Source: Gammaproteobacteria bacterium
GTDB taxonomy: Bacteria; Pseudomonadota; Gammaproteobacteria; Poriferisulfidales; Poriferisulfidaceae
NCBI GenBank assembly: GCA_026706895.1
Contig: JAPOXW010000027.1
Span: 72,373 to 136,372 of the forward strand
DNA length: 64,000 bases
Direction: 5' to 3'
Part shown: positions 29,088 to 40,356 of the stretch, in pieces
Numbering within the stretch: the stretch's first letter is position 1
Layout of the letters: every line of letters begins with the position of its first letter
Program-made: the position numbers and the translations under genes
Notes under the pieces: generated by a model
What the model was told of the DNA's origin: nothing
Seen by the model: the letters and a program-made list of their open reading frames with translations, nothing else
Database searches by the model: none

Positions 29088-29717
29088 ATGGCTCGGCACT
29101 GGATCTGGGCGACGCTTGCGCCCAGCATCGTTTTCATGGCATTCCCGGCTTTCGCCGAGGGCAACCCCGTCACTGGGCAGGTCCGTGCGGCAGTTTGCGC
29201 GGCCTGCCACGGCATCGACGGGAACAGCATCAATCCGGAATGGCCCAGTCTGGCCGGGCAGGGCGCTGCTTACATGGTGACCCAGTTGAAACGATTCCAG
29301 TCCGGCGACCGCGAAAACGTTTTGATGCAACCGCAGGCCGCCCTGCTGTCCGAACAGGATATTCTGGACGTGTCTGCCTTTTACGCAACGCAAACACCCA
29401 AGATCGGCGTTGCCCAAGCCGACACCAAAACCTTGGAGTTGGGCGAACTGGTCTATCGCGGCGGCATTCTCGACCGGAACATACCGGCCTGCATCTCCTG
29501 CCATGGCCCGAACGGTGCCGGCAACGACCCCGCCGAGTTCCCGCGCCTGGCCGGCCAACACGCGACCTATACCATCCTGCAACTGAAATCCTTCCGCGAG
29601 GGATTCGAGGCGCATAAGCTTCACACTCGACAGAATCCCATGATGAACGAGGTGGCAGCCAAAATGACCGATGAGGAAATCGAGGCTGTTGCGCACTATA
29701 TTTCCGGCTTGTATTGA
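29088..29717 (+). CDS. Dihaem cytochrome c4
   Basis: Signal peptide plus two CxxCH haem-binding motifs (CAACHG, CISCHG). Confidence 0.85.
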   Translation: MARHWIWATLAPSIVFMAFPAFAEGNPVTGQVRAAVCAACHGIDGNSINPEWPSLAGQGAAYMVTQLKRFQSGDRENVLMQPQAALLSEQDILDVSAFYATQTPKIGVAQADTKTLELGELVYRGGILDRNIPACISCHGPNGAGNDPAEFPRLAGQHATYTILQLKSFREGFEAHKLHTRQNPMMNEVAAKMTDEEIEAVAHYISGLY

Positions 29718-30358
29718 TGACTCCCTTGCGACTCGCCGCGCTCGGTCTGGCGAGCCTGTTGACAGCCACTGCGCCCGCCCACGAAACCGCAGATCACCCC
29801 GACCATAAGTTCGAAGAGGGCCAGCACTACGCTGTGCTGGAAAATATCCCGCCCGCCGAAGTGCCGGAGGGAAAAACCGAACTGATCGAATTCTTCTGGT
29901 ACGGATGCCCGCACTGCTACAGGTTGGAGCCGTTGCTCAAGCCTTGGCTTGAAGAGCGAACCGACACGGTTCACGTGCGGCTCGTCCCGGCCGTCTTCAG
30001 TGCGCGATGGGTGGTGGGTGCCCGGGTGTACTACACCTTGGAATTGATGGATCGATTGGACTTGCACCCCGTCGTCTTCAACCTCGTGCATGAGCAAGAC
30101 CGCCCGCTGCAGAGTGGCGAGGGGATCGGGCGCATGCTGGAAATCTTCGAAATCGATCCGGCGACTTTCGCAGAAACGTTTCGCTCGCAGGCGGTCACCG
30201 ATCGACTGGAAGAGGCGCGGGAATTGCCTAAGACCTACGGCATCGACGGTGTGCCGGCTCTAGCAGTAGACGGACGATACCGGATCACGACCCGAAACGC
30301 GACCAATTACCAGATGCTTCTGGACATCGCGGATTTTCTGATTCACGAAAAGCCTTGA
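29714..30358 (+). CDS. dsbA: Thiol:disulfide interchange protein DsbA
   Basis: Signal peptide. CPHC active site (FFWYGCPHCY). Confidence 0.85.
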   Translation: MMTPLRLAALGLASLLTATAPAHETADHPDHKFEEGQHYAVLENIPPAEVPEGKTELIEFFWYGCPHCYRLEPLLKPWLEERTDTVHVRLVPAVFSARWVVGARVYYTLELMDRLDLHPVVFNLVHEQDRPLQSGEGIGRMLEIFEIDPATFAETFRSQAVTDRLEEARELPKTYGIDGVPALAVDGRYRITTRNATNYQMLLDIADFLIHEKP

Positions 30359-30598
30359 GCCTACGGCTCACCGGCTTCTGAAAAGCAAACAGCCGACCTA
30401 GGCGGCATACTGGCTTCAAAGGGGAAGGTGGCTCCGGCGCAAACAGAGGGCTTTGAACCGGAGCCGGACCGTACCCGACAGGGGATCCCGGATACGGTGA
30501 TAACTATTGAGAGTAGACCCGAACCGAAAGGTTCCGTCCTCTCAGTTCGTAGTGTACCGCATACTCCACTTTCCCCAAAATACTTGCCCGTACTCCGG

Positions 30599-33316
30599 TC
30601 AATGTGCCTGATCCCAGTTGTCGCCGGAGCAAATATCGACCACCATTGGCACGTCCAGTTTGCCAACTCCCTCCATTCTTTCCCTGAGACCGTCGGCGAT
30701 CTCCTCGATTTTCTCGCTCGGGACCTCTGCGACCAGTTCGTCGTGCACCTGGAGAATGAGAGCGCAGTCCGGGTGCTCTGCCTTTAACCATCCGTGCACG
30801 TCGATCATGGCCTGCTTGATGATGTCCGCCGCAGTCCCCTGCATGGGGGCATTGATCGCGGTGCGTTCCGCATACATGCGCTGGTTGTAGTTGCGTGAAG
30901 AAATGCCGTCGACATGCAACCGACGGCCGAGCACCGTCTCCACGTAACCCCGTTCGCGTGCCTGTTCGCGCGTCTGGTTCATGTAGTTGAGGACTTCCGG
31001 GTAACGCTCGAAATAGGTTTTCACGTAATCTTCCGCCTGGTTCCGGCCGATGCGCAGTTGCCGGGCAAGGCCAAACCCGCTCATGCCGTACATCAATCCG
31101 AAATTGATGGCTTTCGCCGTGCGCCGCTGATCTGACGTGACCGCATCATGAGCGATCCCGAATATTTCCGCGGCCGTGGCCCGGTGTACGTCACTTTTTT
31201 CCCGGAAGGCCTGGCACAAGGTCGGGTCCTTCGAGATGTGGGCCATGATGCGAAGTTCGATCTGCGAATAGTCGGCCGCAATCAGGACACATCCCGGGCG
31301 CGCGACGAAGGCCTGGCGAACCCGCCGGCCCTGTTCCGTTCGGATCGGGATGTTCTGCAGGTTCGGGTCGGACGAAGACAACCGCCCGGTCGCCGTGACC
31401 GCCTGGTGGAACGAAGTATGCAAGCGCCCGGTTTCGGGGTTGATCATCTGCGGCAGTTTGCCGACATAAGTCGACAGCAGCTTGGTCTGTTGCCGGTAAT
31501 TCAGAATCATGCCCGGCAAAACATCCAACGCCGCCAGTTCCTCCAGCACGTCCTCCGCCGTGGACGGCGCACCTTTGGGGGTCTTCCGTAACGGCTCCAA
31601 GCCACGTTCTTCAAACAGCACCTTCTGCAATTCCTGGGTCGAGTTCAGATTCAGCTCACGCCCGCACTCGCGGGTTATTTCCTCCTTCAGCGCCTCCAGA
31701 TCTTTTTCCAATTCTTCCGACTGCTTCTGCAAGGTTTCCGTGTCAATCAACACGCCAACCCGTTCCATGTCTTCCAACACCCTGATCAAGGGCAACTCCA
31801 ACTGTTCATAGACTGTCTGGAGAGTCGGGGCTTTCTGCAGGCGGGGCCATAAAGTCCGGTGCAGGCGCAGCGTCATGTCCGCATCTTCGGCGGCATACTG
31901 GCTGGCCTGATCGATCGGCACCTCGTCGAAACCGATCTGCTTCTTCCCCGTTCCCGTGACCTCGCTGTAGCGAATGGTTTCCTCGTTCAGATACATCCGG
32001 GACAGATTGTCCAGGCTGTGTCGGCTGGCCGTCGAGTTGTACACATACGATTCGAGCATGCTGTCGTGCATCGGGCCGCTGACAGTGGCGTCATGACGCC
32101 GCAGGACCGCCAAGTCGTATTTGAAGTGATGCCCGATCTTGGCCAGCTTCGAGTCGGTCAGCAACGGCTGCAACCGCTCCAGCACTTGCTCCTGACCCAG
32201 TTGCGTCGGAGATCCCAGCGCCGTATGGCGAAGCGGAATATAGGCAGCTTCTCCCGGTGCAGTCGCAAGAGAGATCCCGACCAGTGCGGCGCGCTGAGGA
32301 TCCAAGCTGGTGGTTTCGGTATCCAGTGCAAAAGTGCCGGCTTTCCGTGCGGCAGCCACCCATCGATCCAGATCCTCCATGGTCAGGATCGTGGAATAGT
32401 TTCTCCCGCGGCCCTCCTGGGACGCCCCGTTAGGACTTTCGGCAGTGGCATCCTTGGAGGCGTGCAACTCTCGAAGGAACGAGCGTAAATCATGCTCCTT
32501 GTACAAGGTCTCAAGCCGCGCAAAATCGAGAGGGCGACGCGCCAGGTCGCGAGGCGACTGGTCCAGTTCGAGATCGACCCGAATTGTGACCAGCTTTCGG
32601 TACAGCGGCAAGTCGTCCAGGCTGGCCCGTAAATTCTCACCGGACTTTCCCTTGATTGAGTCCACGTTTTCAATGAGATTTTCCAGTGAACCGTATTCCC
32701 GAAGCCATCTGGCCGACGTTTTCGGGCCCACTTTCGAAACTCCCGGGATGTTGTCCACCGCATCACCGGCCAGTGTCTGGTAGTCGATGAATTGATCGGG
32801 GCGCACTTCGAATTTCTCCATCACCCGGGCCGCATCCATGGGCGGACGGTCGATATCGATCAGGGTCACGTGTTCCGTGACCAGTTGCGCCATGTCCTTG
32901 TCGCTGGAGAGGATGAGCACGTCCAAGCCCGCGGCCTCGCCCTTATGTGCCAAGGTGCCGATGACGTCGTCGGCCTCAACGCCCGGCACGACCAGCAAGG
33001 GCAAGCCCAACGCCTCGATGATCTGCTTCAGGGGCTCGATTTGCGCCCTCAGTTCCGGTTCCATTGGTTTCCGGTTGGCCTTGTACTCTGGATATAGATC
33101 GTGACGGAAGTTTTTCCCTGGGGCATCCATGACCACCGCGACATAAGCCGGAGTCGTCAGGCGCAACTGTCTTTGCAGGGTGTTGACTACACCGAAGATG
33201 GCGCCGGTTGGACGTCCCCGGTGATCCGTCAGGCTGGCGTGTACGTGGTAGGAGCGGTGCAGGTAGGCAGAACCGTCGACCAGCAACAGGTTGGGCCGCG
33301 GTTGGGGGTCAGCCAT
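30599..33316 (-). CDS. polA: DNA polymerase I
   Basis: 906 aa from MADPQPRPNLLLVDGS (5'-3' exonuclease domain), then 3'-5' exonuclease and polymerase domains (RRTAKAINFGLMYG, QVHDELV). Confidence 0.92.
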   Translation of the reverse strand: MADPQPRPNLLLVDGSAYLHRSYHVHASLTDHRGRPTGAIFGVVNTLQRQLRLTTPAYVAVVMDAPGKNFRHDLYPEYKANRKPMEPELRAQIEPLKQIIEALGLPLLVVPGVEADDVIGTLAHKGEAAGLDVLILSSDKDMAQLVTEHVTLIDIDRPPMDAARVMEKFEVRPDQFIDYQTLAGDAVDNIPGVSKVGPKTSARWLREYGSLENLIENVDSIKGKSGENLRASLDDLPLYRKLVTIRVDLELDQSPRDLARRPLDFARLETLYKEHDLRSFLRELHASKDATAESPNGASQEGRGRNYSTILTMEDLDRWVAAARKAGTFALDTETTSLDPQRAALVGISLATAPGEAAYIPLRHTALGSPTQLGQEQVLERLQPLLTDSKLAKIGHHFKYDLAVLRRHDATVSGPMHDSMLESYVYNSTASRHSLDNLSRMYLNEETIRYSEVTGTGKKQIGFDEVPIDQASQYAAEDADMTLRLHRTLWPRLQKAPTLQTVYEQLELPLIRVLEDMERVGVLIDTETLQKQSEELEKDLEALKEEITRECGRELNLNSTQELQKVLFEERGLEPLRKTPKGAPSTAEDVLEELAALDVLPGMILNYRQQTKLLSTYVGKLPQMINPETGRLHTSFHQAVTATGRLSSSDPNLQNIPIRTEQGRRVRQAFVARPGCVLIAADYSQIELRIMAHISKDPTLCQAFREKSDVHRATAAEIFGIAHDAVTSDQRRTAKAINFGLMYGMSGFGLARQLRIGRNQAEDYVKTYFERYPEVLNYMNQTREQARERGYVETVLGRRLHVDGISSRNYNQRMYAERTAINAPMQGTAADIIKQAMIDVHGWLKAEHPDCALILQVHDELVAEVPSEKIEEIADGLRERMEGVGKLDVPMVVDICSGDNWDQAH

Positions 33317-33406
33317 ATCGGGAAAGAGGTGTGGCGATGCAAAGGAATTACCCATATCATATAACGGCCTTCGCACCCCAAGGATCACTGTATTCCGATA
33401 CCCGCC

Positions 33407-33823
33407 ATGGTCGCCCCGCCCACCCTGCGCGACATCGAGGCGATGGCCGATCAGGCATTCGCTGAAATCCCGGATGAACTGGCACGCCACGCTACCGCGG
33501 TTGCCATCCATGTGTGTGATTTCCCCGACGAGGAGACATGCCGGGCAATGGAATTGGACAGCCCGTTCGACCTTCTCGGGCTTTACCACGGTGTCAGCCT
33601 GGATCAGAAATCAGTGGACGACCTGCCGCAGGACTTGGATCATGTCTACCTGTACCGGCGCCCGATACTGGAATACTGGGAAGAGCAAGGCGGTGACCTG
33701 GCGGATCTGGTCCGCCAGATACTGCTGCACGAAATCGGCCATCACTTCGGCTTCTCGGATGCGGAAATGGACCACATCTGCGCACAGGCACGCCGGGAAA
33801 CAAAAGGAACAACAGCGGACTGA
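33407..33823 (+). CDS. Zincin-like metallopeptidase family protein
   Basis: 138 aa with HEIGHHFG, which matches HExxH. Confidence 0.55.
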   Translation: MVAPPTLRDIEAMADQAFAEIPDELARHATAVAIHVCDFPDEETCRAMELDSPFDLLGLYHGVSLDQKSVDDLPQDLDHVYLYRRPILEYWEEQGGDLADLVRQILLHEIGHHFGFSDAEMDHICAQARRETKGTTAD

Positions 33824-33904
33824 ACGGATGAACTTCCGGCGTGAGCCGCGTGGCTTTCTGCGCGCGCCGATGCGGTACGATAAAGCGCTCATTCTCAACT
33901 TTCC

Positions 33905-34420
33905 ATGTTTGATTTTCTCGCTGCCATCGACCGGGCGCTGAGCACCTTATGCGCCTGGACGGGCAGGGCCGTGGCCTGGTTGACGCTGGCCATGGTGCTC
34001 CTGACCGCCACCGTGGTGATCTTGCGCTACGGGTTTGGATTCGGTCGAATCTACCTGCAGGAAATCATCACGTACCTCCACGCGACCGTGTTCATGCTGG
34101 CCGCGGCCTGGACCCTGCGTCTTGACGGACATGTGCGCGTAGACGTGCTGTACCGCTCCCTGAAGCCGCGCACGCAGGCCTGGGTGGACCTGCTCGGTTC
34201 AGTATTCCTGCTGCTGCCGACCGCGGGCCTGTTGCTTTGGCTGTCCTACGACTATGCGGAAAAGGCTTGGGAACTGCAGGAAGCGTCGCGTGAAACAGAC
34301 GGCCTGCCGTTTCTGTACATCCTGAAGGCCGTCATCCCGGTCGCGTCGGGACTGCTGGTCCTGCAAGGAGCGGCGGACATCCTGCAACGAGCCAGGCAAT
34401 TGGCGGGAGGTCAGGAATGA
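33905..34420 (+). CDS. TRAP transporter small permease (DctQ-like)
   Basis: 171 aa, 4-TM. Its stop overlaps the start of the large permease. Confidence 0.7.
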   Translation: MFDFLAAIDRALSTLCAWTGRAVAWLTLAMVLLTATVVILRYGFGFGRIYLQEIITYLHATVFMLAAAWTLRLDGHVRVDVLYRSLKPRTQAWVDLLGSVFLLLPTAGLLLWLSYDYAEKAWELQEASRETDGLPFLYILKAVIPVASGLLVLQGAADILQRARQLAGGQE

Positions 34421-35790
34421 CCTGGGCGCTGACGCTGTTCGGGCTGGTCGTGCTGGTGCTGATGGCCGGCTATCCGGTCGCATTCACGCTGGCCGGGGTC
34501 TCCCTGCTGGTCGCGGCAGTGGCCACGGCGGCGGGAGTCTTTGATCCGGCCCTGCTGCTGACGCTGCCATCGAGAGTGTTCGGCATCATGACCAACGACA
34601 TCCTCATCGCGGCTCCTCTGTTCATCTTCATGGGAGTGACCCTGCAGCGTTCGAGAGTCGCCGAGGACCTGCTGGATACGATGAGTCGATTGTGCGGGGC
34701 ATTGCCCGGCGGGCTGGGCCTGTCGGTCATGGTGGTTGGAGTCCTGCTGGCGGCGAGCACCGGCATCGTCGGTGCAACGGTGGTCACGCTGGGCCTGCTG
34801 GCCCTGCCCAGCATGCTGCAGCGCGGCTACGACCCGCCAGTCGCCTGCGGCGCCATATGCGCGTCCGGCACCTTGGGGCAGATCATTCCGCCTTCGATCG
34901 TCCTGGTCCTGCTGGGCGACGTGATGTCTTCCGCTTTCCAGAAAGCCCAATTGGATATGGGCATCTTTTCGCCGCAGACGGTTTCGGTCGCGGACCTTTT
35001 CGCGGGGGCTATGCTCCCGGGACTGGCGCTGGTCGGGCTGTACGTGGCTTACCTGCTGTTCACCGCCTGGCGCAACCCCGAGCGCCTGCCTTCAGGATCC
35101 CAGGATTCCAAGACTCATGAACTCTCGGTCAGCGAAGTCCTGGGCGTACTGGTAGCCCCATTGGCCCTGATCGTCACGGTACTTGGAGCCATTCTGGCAG
35201 GGTTTGCCACGCCGACGGAAGCGGCTTCCCTGGGAGCGGTCGGCAGCCTTCTGCTCGCACGCCGCGAAGGGCCCGTAACCCTGGATATGCTGCGCGGCAT
35301 CACGCGGGATACGGCGCGAGTTACCAGCATGGTGTTCATGGTGCTGATCGGCGCCTCGATTTTCTCGCTGGTATTTCGCGGCCTCGGCGGCGATGATCTG
35401 GTACACGAGTGGCTCTCCAATCTGCCTGGCGGCGTGATTGGCGCCATGGTGGCAGTCATGTTGCTGATGTTTCTGCTTGGCTTCGTGCTGGATTTCATCG
35501 AAATTACTTACGTGGTAGTGCCCTTGGTCGGGCCCGTGCTCTTGATGATGGGACTGGACCCGATCTGGCTCGGCGTGATGATCGCGATCAACCTGCAGAC
35601 ATCTTTCCTGACTCCGCCGTTCGGTTTCGCCTTGTTTTACTTGCGCGGCGTTGCGCCCGACACCGTGGCCACGGTACAGATCTACCGCGGCGTGATGCCG
35701 TTCATTGCCCTGCAGGTACTGATGCTGGCCATTCTCGCGCTATGGCCGGAACTGGCAACTTGGTTGCCACAACAGATTTTCGGATATTGA
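34417..35790 (+). CDS. TRAP transporter large permease (DctM-like)
   Basis: 457 aa polytopic membrane protein with DctM-family architecture. Confidence 0.8.
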   Translation: MTWALTLFGLVVLVLMAGYPVAFTLAGVSLLVAAVATAAGVFDPALLLTLPSRVFGIMTNDILIAAPLFIFMGVTLQRSRVAEDLLDTMSRLCGALPGGLGLSVMVVGVLLAASTGIVGATVVTLGLLALPSMLQRGYDPPVACGAICASGTLGQIIPPSIVLVLLGDVMSSAFQKAQLDMGIFSPQTVSVADLFAGAMLPGLALVGLYVAYLLFTAWRNPERLPSGSQDSKTHELSVSEVLGVLVAPLALIVTVLGAILAGFATPTEAASLGAVGSLLLARREGPVTLDMLRGITRDTARVTSMVFMVLIGASIFSLVFRGLGGDDLVHEWLSNLPGGVIGAMVAVMLLMFLLGFVLDFIEITYVVVPLVGPVLLMMGLDPIWLGVMIAINLQTSFLTPPFGFALFYLRGVAPDTVATVQIYRGVMPFIALQVLMLAILALWPELATWLPQQIFGY

Positions 35791-35807
35791 GGGAACGCGT
35801 CCCGGGA

Positions 35808-36401
35808 TTAGTACGGTGTTTCCAGAATCATCTGCATGGTCTGCAGACCGGTAACCACCAGTACAGCATATATCGCGCCCGTACCCATGATGATTATGCG
35901 CTTTTGCCGAAACATGTCCTCATTCATCATCGGGCCGATCAGCATCCAGGTCGCGGCAGCCAGATTGGCACCGAAGAAGCCGTAATAAGTCGCAAGTTCG
36001 CCAAATGCCGCCTGTTCACTGGCGACTATGTAGGAGCCCCAGACAGCCACAGCCGCTCCAATATAAGTCCCGATCCGGATGATAGTGGCAGAAATCATCC
36101 CGGTCGGCTGCAGCAATACCAGCAGGCCGAAGACCGAGATTATCCACCACCAGATCAGGTTGGTCGCGTGAGGTGCGTATTCGGGGTTCTTGAACATCGA
36201 AATGGCAATCATGACGTACGTCAGTCCGCTGATTGACATGGCCAAACGGAGAATCCATATATCCGTCTCGCGCATGCGGACGAAGGAACTAGCTATCCAG
36301 AGCGCGGCCACAAAATTGAGCAGGCACGACGCATAGTAAATGACAGAATGTACAAGGGATGGGGTCGCCAGAAATTCGTTCATTGCCGGGATTCCGTTCA
36401 A
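35808..36401 (-). CDS. Hypothetical integral membrane protein
   Basis: 197 aa with 5-6 predicted TM helices. No family recognised. Confidence 0.4.
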   Translation of the reverse strand: MNGIPAMNEFLATPSLVHSVIYYASCLLNFVAALWIASSFVRMRETDIWILRLAMSISGLTYVMIAISMFKNPEYAPHATNLIWWWIISVFGLLVLLQPTGMISATIIRIGTYIGAAVAVWGSYIVASEQAAFGELATYYGFFGANLAAATWMLIGPMMNEDMFRQKRIIIMGTGAIYAVLVVTGLQTMQMILETPY

Positions 36402-36426
36402 GCCTCGAAAGCGGACTTATTCTACA

Positions 36427-37521
36427 CTACCGCGTATCCAGATACGCCTGTTCGGAAATGGCCGTCCAGTCCCGTACCCGCGCGTAAAACGACTGGTAAC
36501 TGTCGTAAACCCGCCGGGTGAATTCGCCGGTTTCAGCCACTTCCGCAATGACCGCCTCGGCATGTTCCCGCAGTGCGCTCAGCACTTCCGGGGGGAATTG
36601 GCGGAGCTCGACTTCGTATTTCTCAACCAGCGCCTTCAGCGCATCATTGTTATGCGCAGTGAAATCAGCCATCATGTCTTGGTTGGTGGCCCGGGCGGCA
36701 TTCTGCACAATGGCCTGAAGGTCTTTTGGCAACGCCTCGAACGCCGGGCGGTGAACCAATCCTTCCAGCGTCGTCCCGGGTTCGTGCCAGCCGGGATAGT
36801 AGTAGTACTTCGCCGCACGGTGCAGCCCGAATGCCAGGTCGTTCCATGGGCCAACCCATTCGGTCGCGTCGATCGCCCCGGTCTGCAGCGACACCAGAAG
36901 CTCTTTGCCACTGAGATTCACCGGCGTGCCGCCGACCCGGCGCAATACCTCGCCGCCTAAGCCCGGGATGCGCATGCGCAGGCCCTGCAGGTCTTCGAGC
37001 CCCCGGATCTCACGCTTGAACCACCCACCCATCTGGACCATGGTGTTTCCTGCCGCCAGCGGAACCACGTCGAACGGAGCATATGCTTCCTCCCATAGTT
37101 CCATGCCCCCTCCCTTGTACAACCAGCCGTTCATCTCATTGGCGGTCATGCCGAACGGCATGGTGGAGAAGAACTGGAACGCCGGGTTCTTGCCTTTCCA
37201 GTAGTAGGCCGCGCCGTGGCCCATCTGTGCCGCGCCTTGGCTGACCGCATCGAACACCTCGAACGCCGGCACCAGTTCGCCCGCTCCGTACACCTGCACC
37301 TGCAGGCGCCCGCCGGACATCTCGCCAATCGCCTGCGCCAGGAATTCCGCGCCAGTGCCAAGGCCGGGAAAGTTCTTCGGCCAAGTCGTCACCATTTTCC
37401 AGTGCAGAGGCTCATCAGCGCTCGCCCGGCCCGCCAAGCCCAACCCGGCTGCCGCAACCGCCGCGCCTGTGCCCAGGAACTCCCGTCTTTGCATCTCACT
37501 CTTCCTGCTTCTTCTCGTCAA
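36427..37521 (-). CDS. TRAP transporter solute-binding protein (DctP-like), Tat-exported
   Basis: Twin-arginine signal (RREFLGTGAAVAAAGLGLA), then DctP-family SBP sequence. Confidence 0.8.
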   Translation of the reverse strand: MTRRSRKSEMQRREFLGTGAAVAAAGLGLAGRASADEPLHWKMVTTWPKNFPGLGTGAEFLAQAIGEMSGGRLQVQVYGAGELVPAFEVFDAVSQGAAQMGHGAAYYWKGKNPAFQFFSTMPFGMTANEMNGWLYKGGGMELWEEAYAPFDVVPLAAGNTMVQMGGWFKREIRGLEDLQGLRMRIPGLGGEVLRRVGGTPVNLSGKELLVSLQTGAIDATEWVGPWNDLAFGLHRAAKYYYYPGWHEPGTTLEGLVHRPAFEALPKDLQAIVQNAARATNQDMMADFTAHNNDALKALVEKYEVELRQFPPEVLSALREHAEAVIAEVAETGEFTRRVYDSYQSFYARVRDWTAISEQAYLDTR

Positions 37522-37599
37522 TTGCTCAAGATGAAATTCTTTCCATACATGGTCAGATGGAACTGTGTCAAGGAATCCGTGCCGAGTAGCACATCGTGA

Positions 37600-37821
37600 T
37601 TAACTGGTTGGTATGGAAGCAACCAAGCCTACTTCTTCCGCAACTTTCTCAGAAACCAAGGTTCGTTGCGCCCCGGTGCCCAGAAGTGAAGGATATGAGT
37701 TTTTAGGCGGGCCGTTGCTGCCCGGAACCGAGGTCGCAGAAGCAAGAATTATTTGACCGTTTTTAACTTCCCCCACGAAAGTCGGCATCCCTACACTCCC
37801 TGCGTGGAGGTGGGAACACAC
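37600..37821 (-). pseudogene. Retropepsin-like aspartyl protease remnant (truncated, active-site Asp not preserved)
   Basis: 73-aa ORF with LLGTGAQRTLVSEKVAEEVGL, resembling the bacterial clan-AA DTGA loop but with Asp replaced. It is far shorter than the ~120-aa domain and overlaps the upstream ORF out of frame. AT-rich. Confidence 0.25.
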
Positions 37822-38066
37822 ATCGTGAATATTCCAAGAGATACCGGAGGCTCCCCAATTTTCTGAATTGAGAAGTTTCCTAGGCCATATCTCTCACATC
37901 CAATGTCGTAAGCATCGCCACTGTCGTTATAGACAGCCACCATTTCACCGTCGTGGAGCAACGCGACACGTCCGGGCTCTTTTGATTCCAACCTGCTTCT
38001 CACCGCCTCATATGCCTTGCGGTTTTTTTCAAGCTGATCATCAACATTGGGTTTTGTCTTATTCAT
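37791..38066 (-). CDS. Small hypothetical protein (DUF5678-like), AT-rich
   Basis: 91 aa from the ATG preceded by GGGGGAA. The VALLHDGEMVAVYNDSGDAY segment is reminiscent of DUF5678, but the assignment is weak. Confidence 0.3.
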   Translation of the reverse strand: MNKTKPNVDDQLEKNRKAYEAVRSRLESKEPGRVALLHDGEMVAVYNDSGDAYDIGCERYGLGNFSIQKIGEPPVSLGIFTMCVPTSTQGV

Positions 38067-38178
38067 CAATTCCCCCGCCTTGACTTTAGGATTGTACCGT
38101 AAATTAGCATATGTTTCGGTTGGTTGTTGACGGTCAGCAACCCTTACCAGACAGACCAAACTCAGCCAATCTTCCCTC

Positions 38179-40356
38179 CTACCGGCATTCCAACTTCGCG
38201 TAGTCGTACATGAGCCATTTGACGCCGACGTCCTCGAAGCGTACCTGAACCCGCAAATGCGGCGGCCGACCTTCGTATTCTACGATGACCCCGGGGCCGA
38301 ACTTCGGATGCGCCACCGGTGTGCCCGGACCGGGCACGTCCAGGTTGGCGGGAGGGGTCGGGCGGGTCGCCCCGAATCTGGCCAGGAACGCGGAGGCAGG
38401 CGGAACAAAGTCTCGCGGCACCTCGGTCACTGTGTGTTCGTCGGGCAACTCCTGAAGAAAGCGCGACGGAATCAGGCCCGAGGAAGTTCGCCCAAAGATC
38501 AGCCGTTCGTAGGCATGCGTCAAGACCAACTGCTGCCGGGCACGTGTTATGCCCACGTAACAAAGCCGGCGTTCCTCTTCCAGCGGGGAGTCCTCTCGTG
38601 TCATCGGCAGGATGCCGTCTTCCAACCCAACAATGAACACCAGCGGAAACTCCAGCCCCTTGGCCATGTGCAGGGTCATCAACTGAACCGCATTCCCGGG
38701 CACGCCCTCGCCCCGCTCACCCGCTTCCAGCGCCGTGCTGTCCAAAAATGCTTCCATCAGGCCGGGGCTTTCGCCTTCATCAGGTTCCCAGTTATCCTCG
38801 AACGCCGCGGCGGAATTCACCAGTTCCCCCAGATTCTCGCTGCGCACCTCTTCCAACTCCCGGTCAGTCTCTTGATACATATCCAATAACCCGGATTGAT
38901 CCAGGATGCGTCGGATGGTTTCCGCCAATCCGCGCCCTTCGGTTTCCTTACGCAGAGCCTCCAGGCATTGCTCGAATTCCGCCAGCGCCCGGCCCGCGCG
39001 CGAAGTGGACTGGCTCTTGACCTGCTCCTGCGCCGCCGCAAACAGCGATTCGCCAGCGGCAGAAGCAGTCGTGCGCACGGCTTCAACCGTCCCTGCGCCA
39101 ATACCCCGGGGCGGAACATTGCACACCCGCTGCCAGGCAACATCGTCATTCGGGTTCAGGCACAGTCGCAGATAGGCCAGAGTGTCTTTCACCTCGCGGC
39201 GCTCGAAGAATCGGATGCCCCCGTACACCCGATAGGGGATTTGCCGGTTGTTCAGGTTCGTCTCGAAGGGCTGTGACTGCCGATTCGTGCGGTAGAGCAC
39301 GGCACACTCGTCCCACCGTCCCCCGTCTTCCACCCACTGTTTGATCTTTCCGATGACGTAGTTGGCTTCCGCCCCTCCGGTCGGTGCGCTGAACACGGTG
39401 ATCGGATCTTGTTCGGCCCGGTCGGTCCACAACCGCTTTTTTAACCGGTCGTAGTTGTTCCCGATCAACGCATTGGCCGCCTCAAGCACCGGGCTGGTGG
39501 AGCGGTAATTCTGCTCCAACGGCCAGACCTGGACATTCTTGTGGTTTTTCTGGAAGTCGAGGATATGCCTTGGGCGCGCTCCCCTCCAGCCATAGATCGA
39601 TTGGTCGTCGTCTCCGACTACGAACAACGGGCGTTCGCCGCCCGCCAGCAGTTTCAGCCAAGCATTCTGCAAATCGTCCACATCCTGGAATTCATCCACC
39701 AGCAGGTGGCGAAACCGCCTCTGGTAATACTGCTGCACAGGGGAATGTTCGCGCAACAGTTCGACGCAGCGCAGCAGCAGTTCATCGAAATCTACCAAGC
39801 CGCTCTGTTCGCAACGCCGCTCGTATCGCTCCATAACCGGGAGACGAGCTTGTTCCCGATCGCTTTCGGGCTCGATATGGCGGGCGCGCAGGCCCTCTCC
39901 CTTCTTCAGGCTGATCCACCGAATGGCGTCGGCGACATCGCGCGCCTTGCGCGGCTGGTCAAGGTCTCGAAGAATCTGACGAATCAGGGTTTTCTGATCC
40001 TCTCGATCCAAGATCTGGAAGTTCCCGAGCAACCCGGCCTCGTCATGAAAGCGCAACAGCATCCTGCGGGCCAGCGCATGGAACGTCCCGACCCACAGAC
40101 CGCCCGCGGGCTGCCCCCGCAACCGTTCGATGCGCTCCCGCATCTCGGTCGCCGCCTTGTTGGTAAATGTAACCGTCAGAATTTCTTTCGGCTGGATGTC
40201 CTGCGTCTTCACCAACCAGGCGAAACGGTGAGTCAGCACCCGGGTCTTACCCGAGCCGGCGCCCGCCAGCACCAGAGTGCAGTAATCCGAATCCGATGTG
40301 ACCGCGTTGCGCTGCGCCTTGTTTAAGTCATCCAGGATCGGGTCCGCCGGGGTCAT
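38179..40356 (-). CDS. uvrD: ATP-dependent DNA helicase (UvrD/Rep family; size fits UvrD)
   Basis: 725 aa from [12 protein letters not shown]. Motif I is [11 protein letters not shown], with further SF1 motifs. The C-terminus is UvrD-like. Start overlaps the ubiB stop as ATGA. Confidence 0.85.
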   Translation of the reverse strand: MTPADPILDDLNKAQRNAVTSDSDYCTLVLAGAGSGKTRVLTHRFAWLVKTQDIQPKEILTVTFTNKAATEMRERIERLRGQPAGGLWVGTFHALARRMLLRFHDEAGLLGNFQILDREDQKTLIRQILRDLDQPRKARDVADAIRWISLKKGEGLRARHIEPESDREQARLPVMERYERRCEQSGLVDFDELLLRCVELLREHSPVQQYYQRRFRHLLVDEFQDVDDLQNAWLKLLAGGERPLFVVGDDDQSIYGWRGARPRHILDFQKNHKNVQVWPLEQNYRSTSPVLEAANALIGNNYDRLKKRLWTDRAEQDPITVFSAPTGGAEANYVIGKIKQWVEDGGRWDECAVLYRTNRQSQPFETNLNNRQIPYRVYGGIRFFERREVKDTLAYLRLCLNPNDDVAWQRVCNVPPRGIGAGTVEAVRTTASAAGESLFAAAQEQVKSQSTSRAGRALAEFEQCLEALRKETEGRGLAETIRRILDQSGLLDMYQETDRELEEVRSENLGELVNSAAAFEDNWEPDEGESPGLMEAFLDSTALEAGERGEGVPGNAVQLMTLHMAKGLEFPLVFIVGLEDGILPMTREDSPLEEERRLCYVGITRARQQLVLTHAYERLIFGRTSSGLIPSRFLQELPDEHTVTEVPRDFVPPASAFLARFGATRPTPPANLDVPGPGTPVAHPKFGPGVIVEYEGRPPHLRVQVRFEDVGVKWLMYDYAKLECR

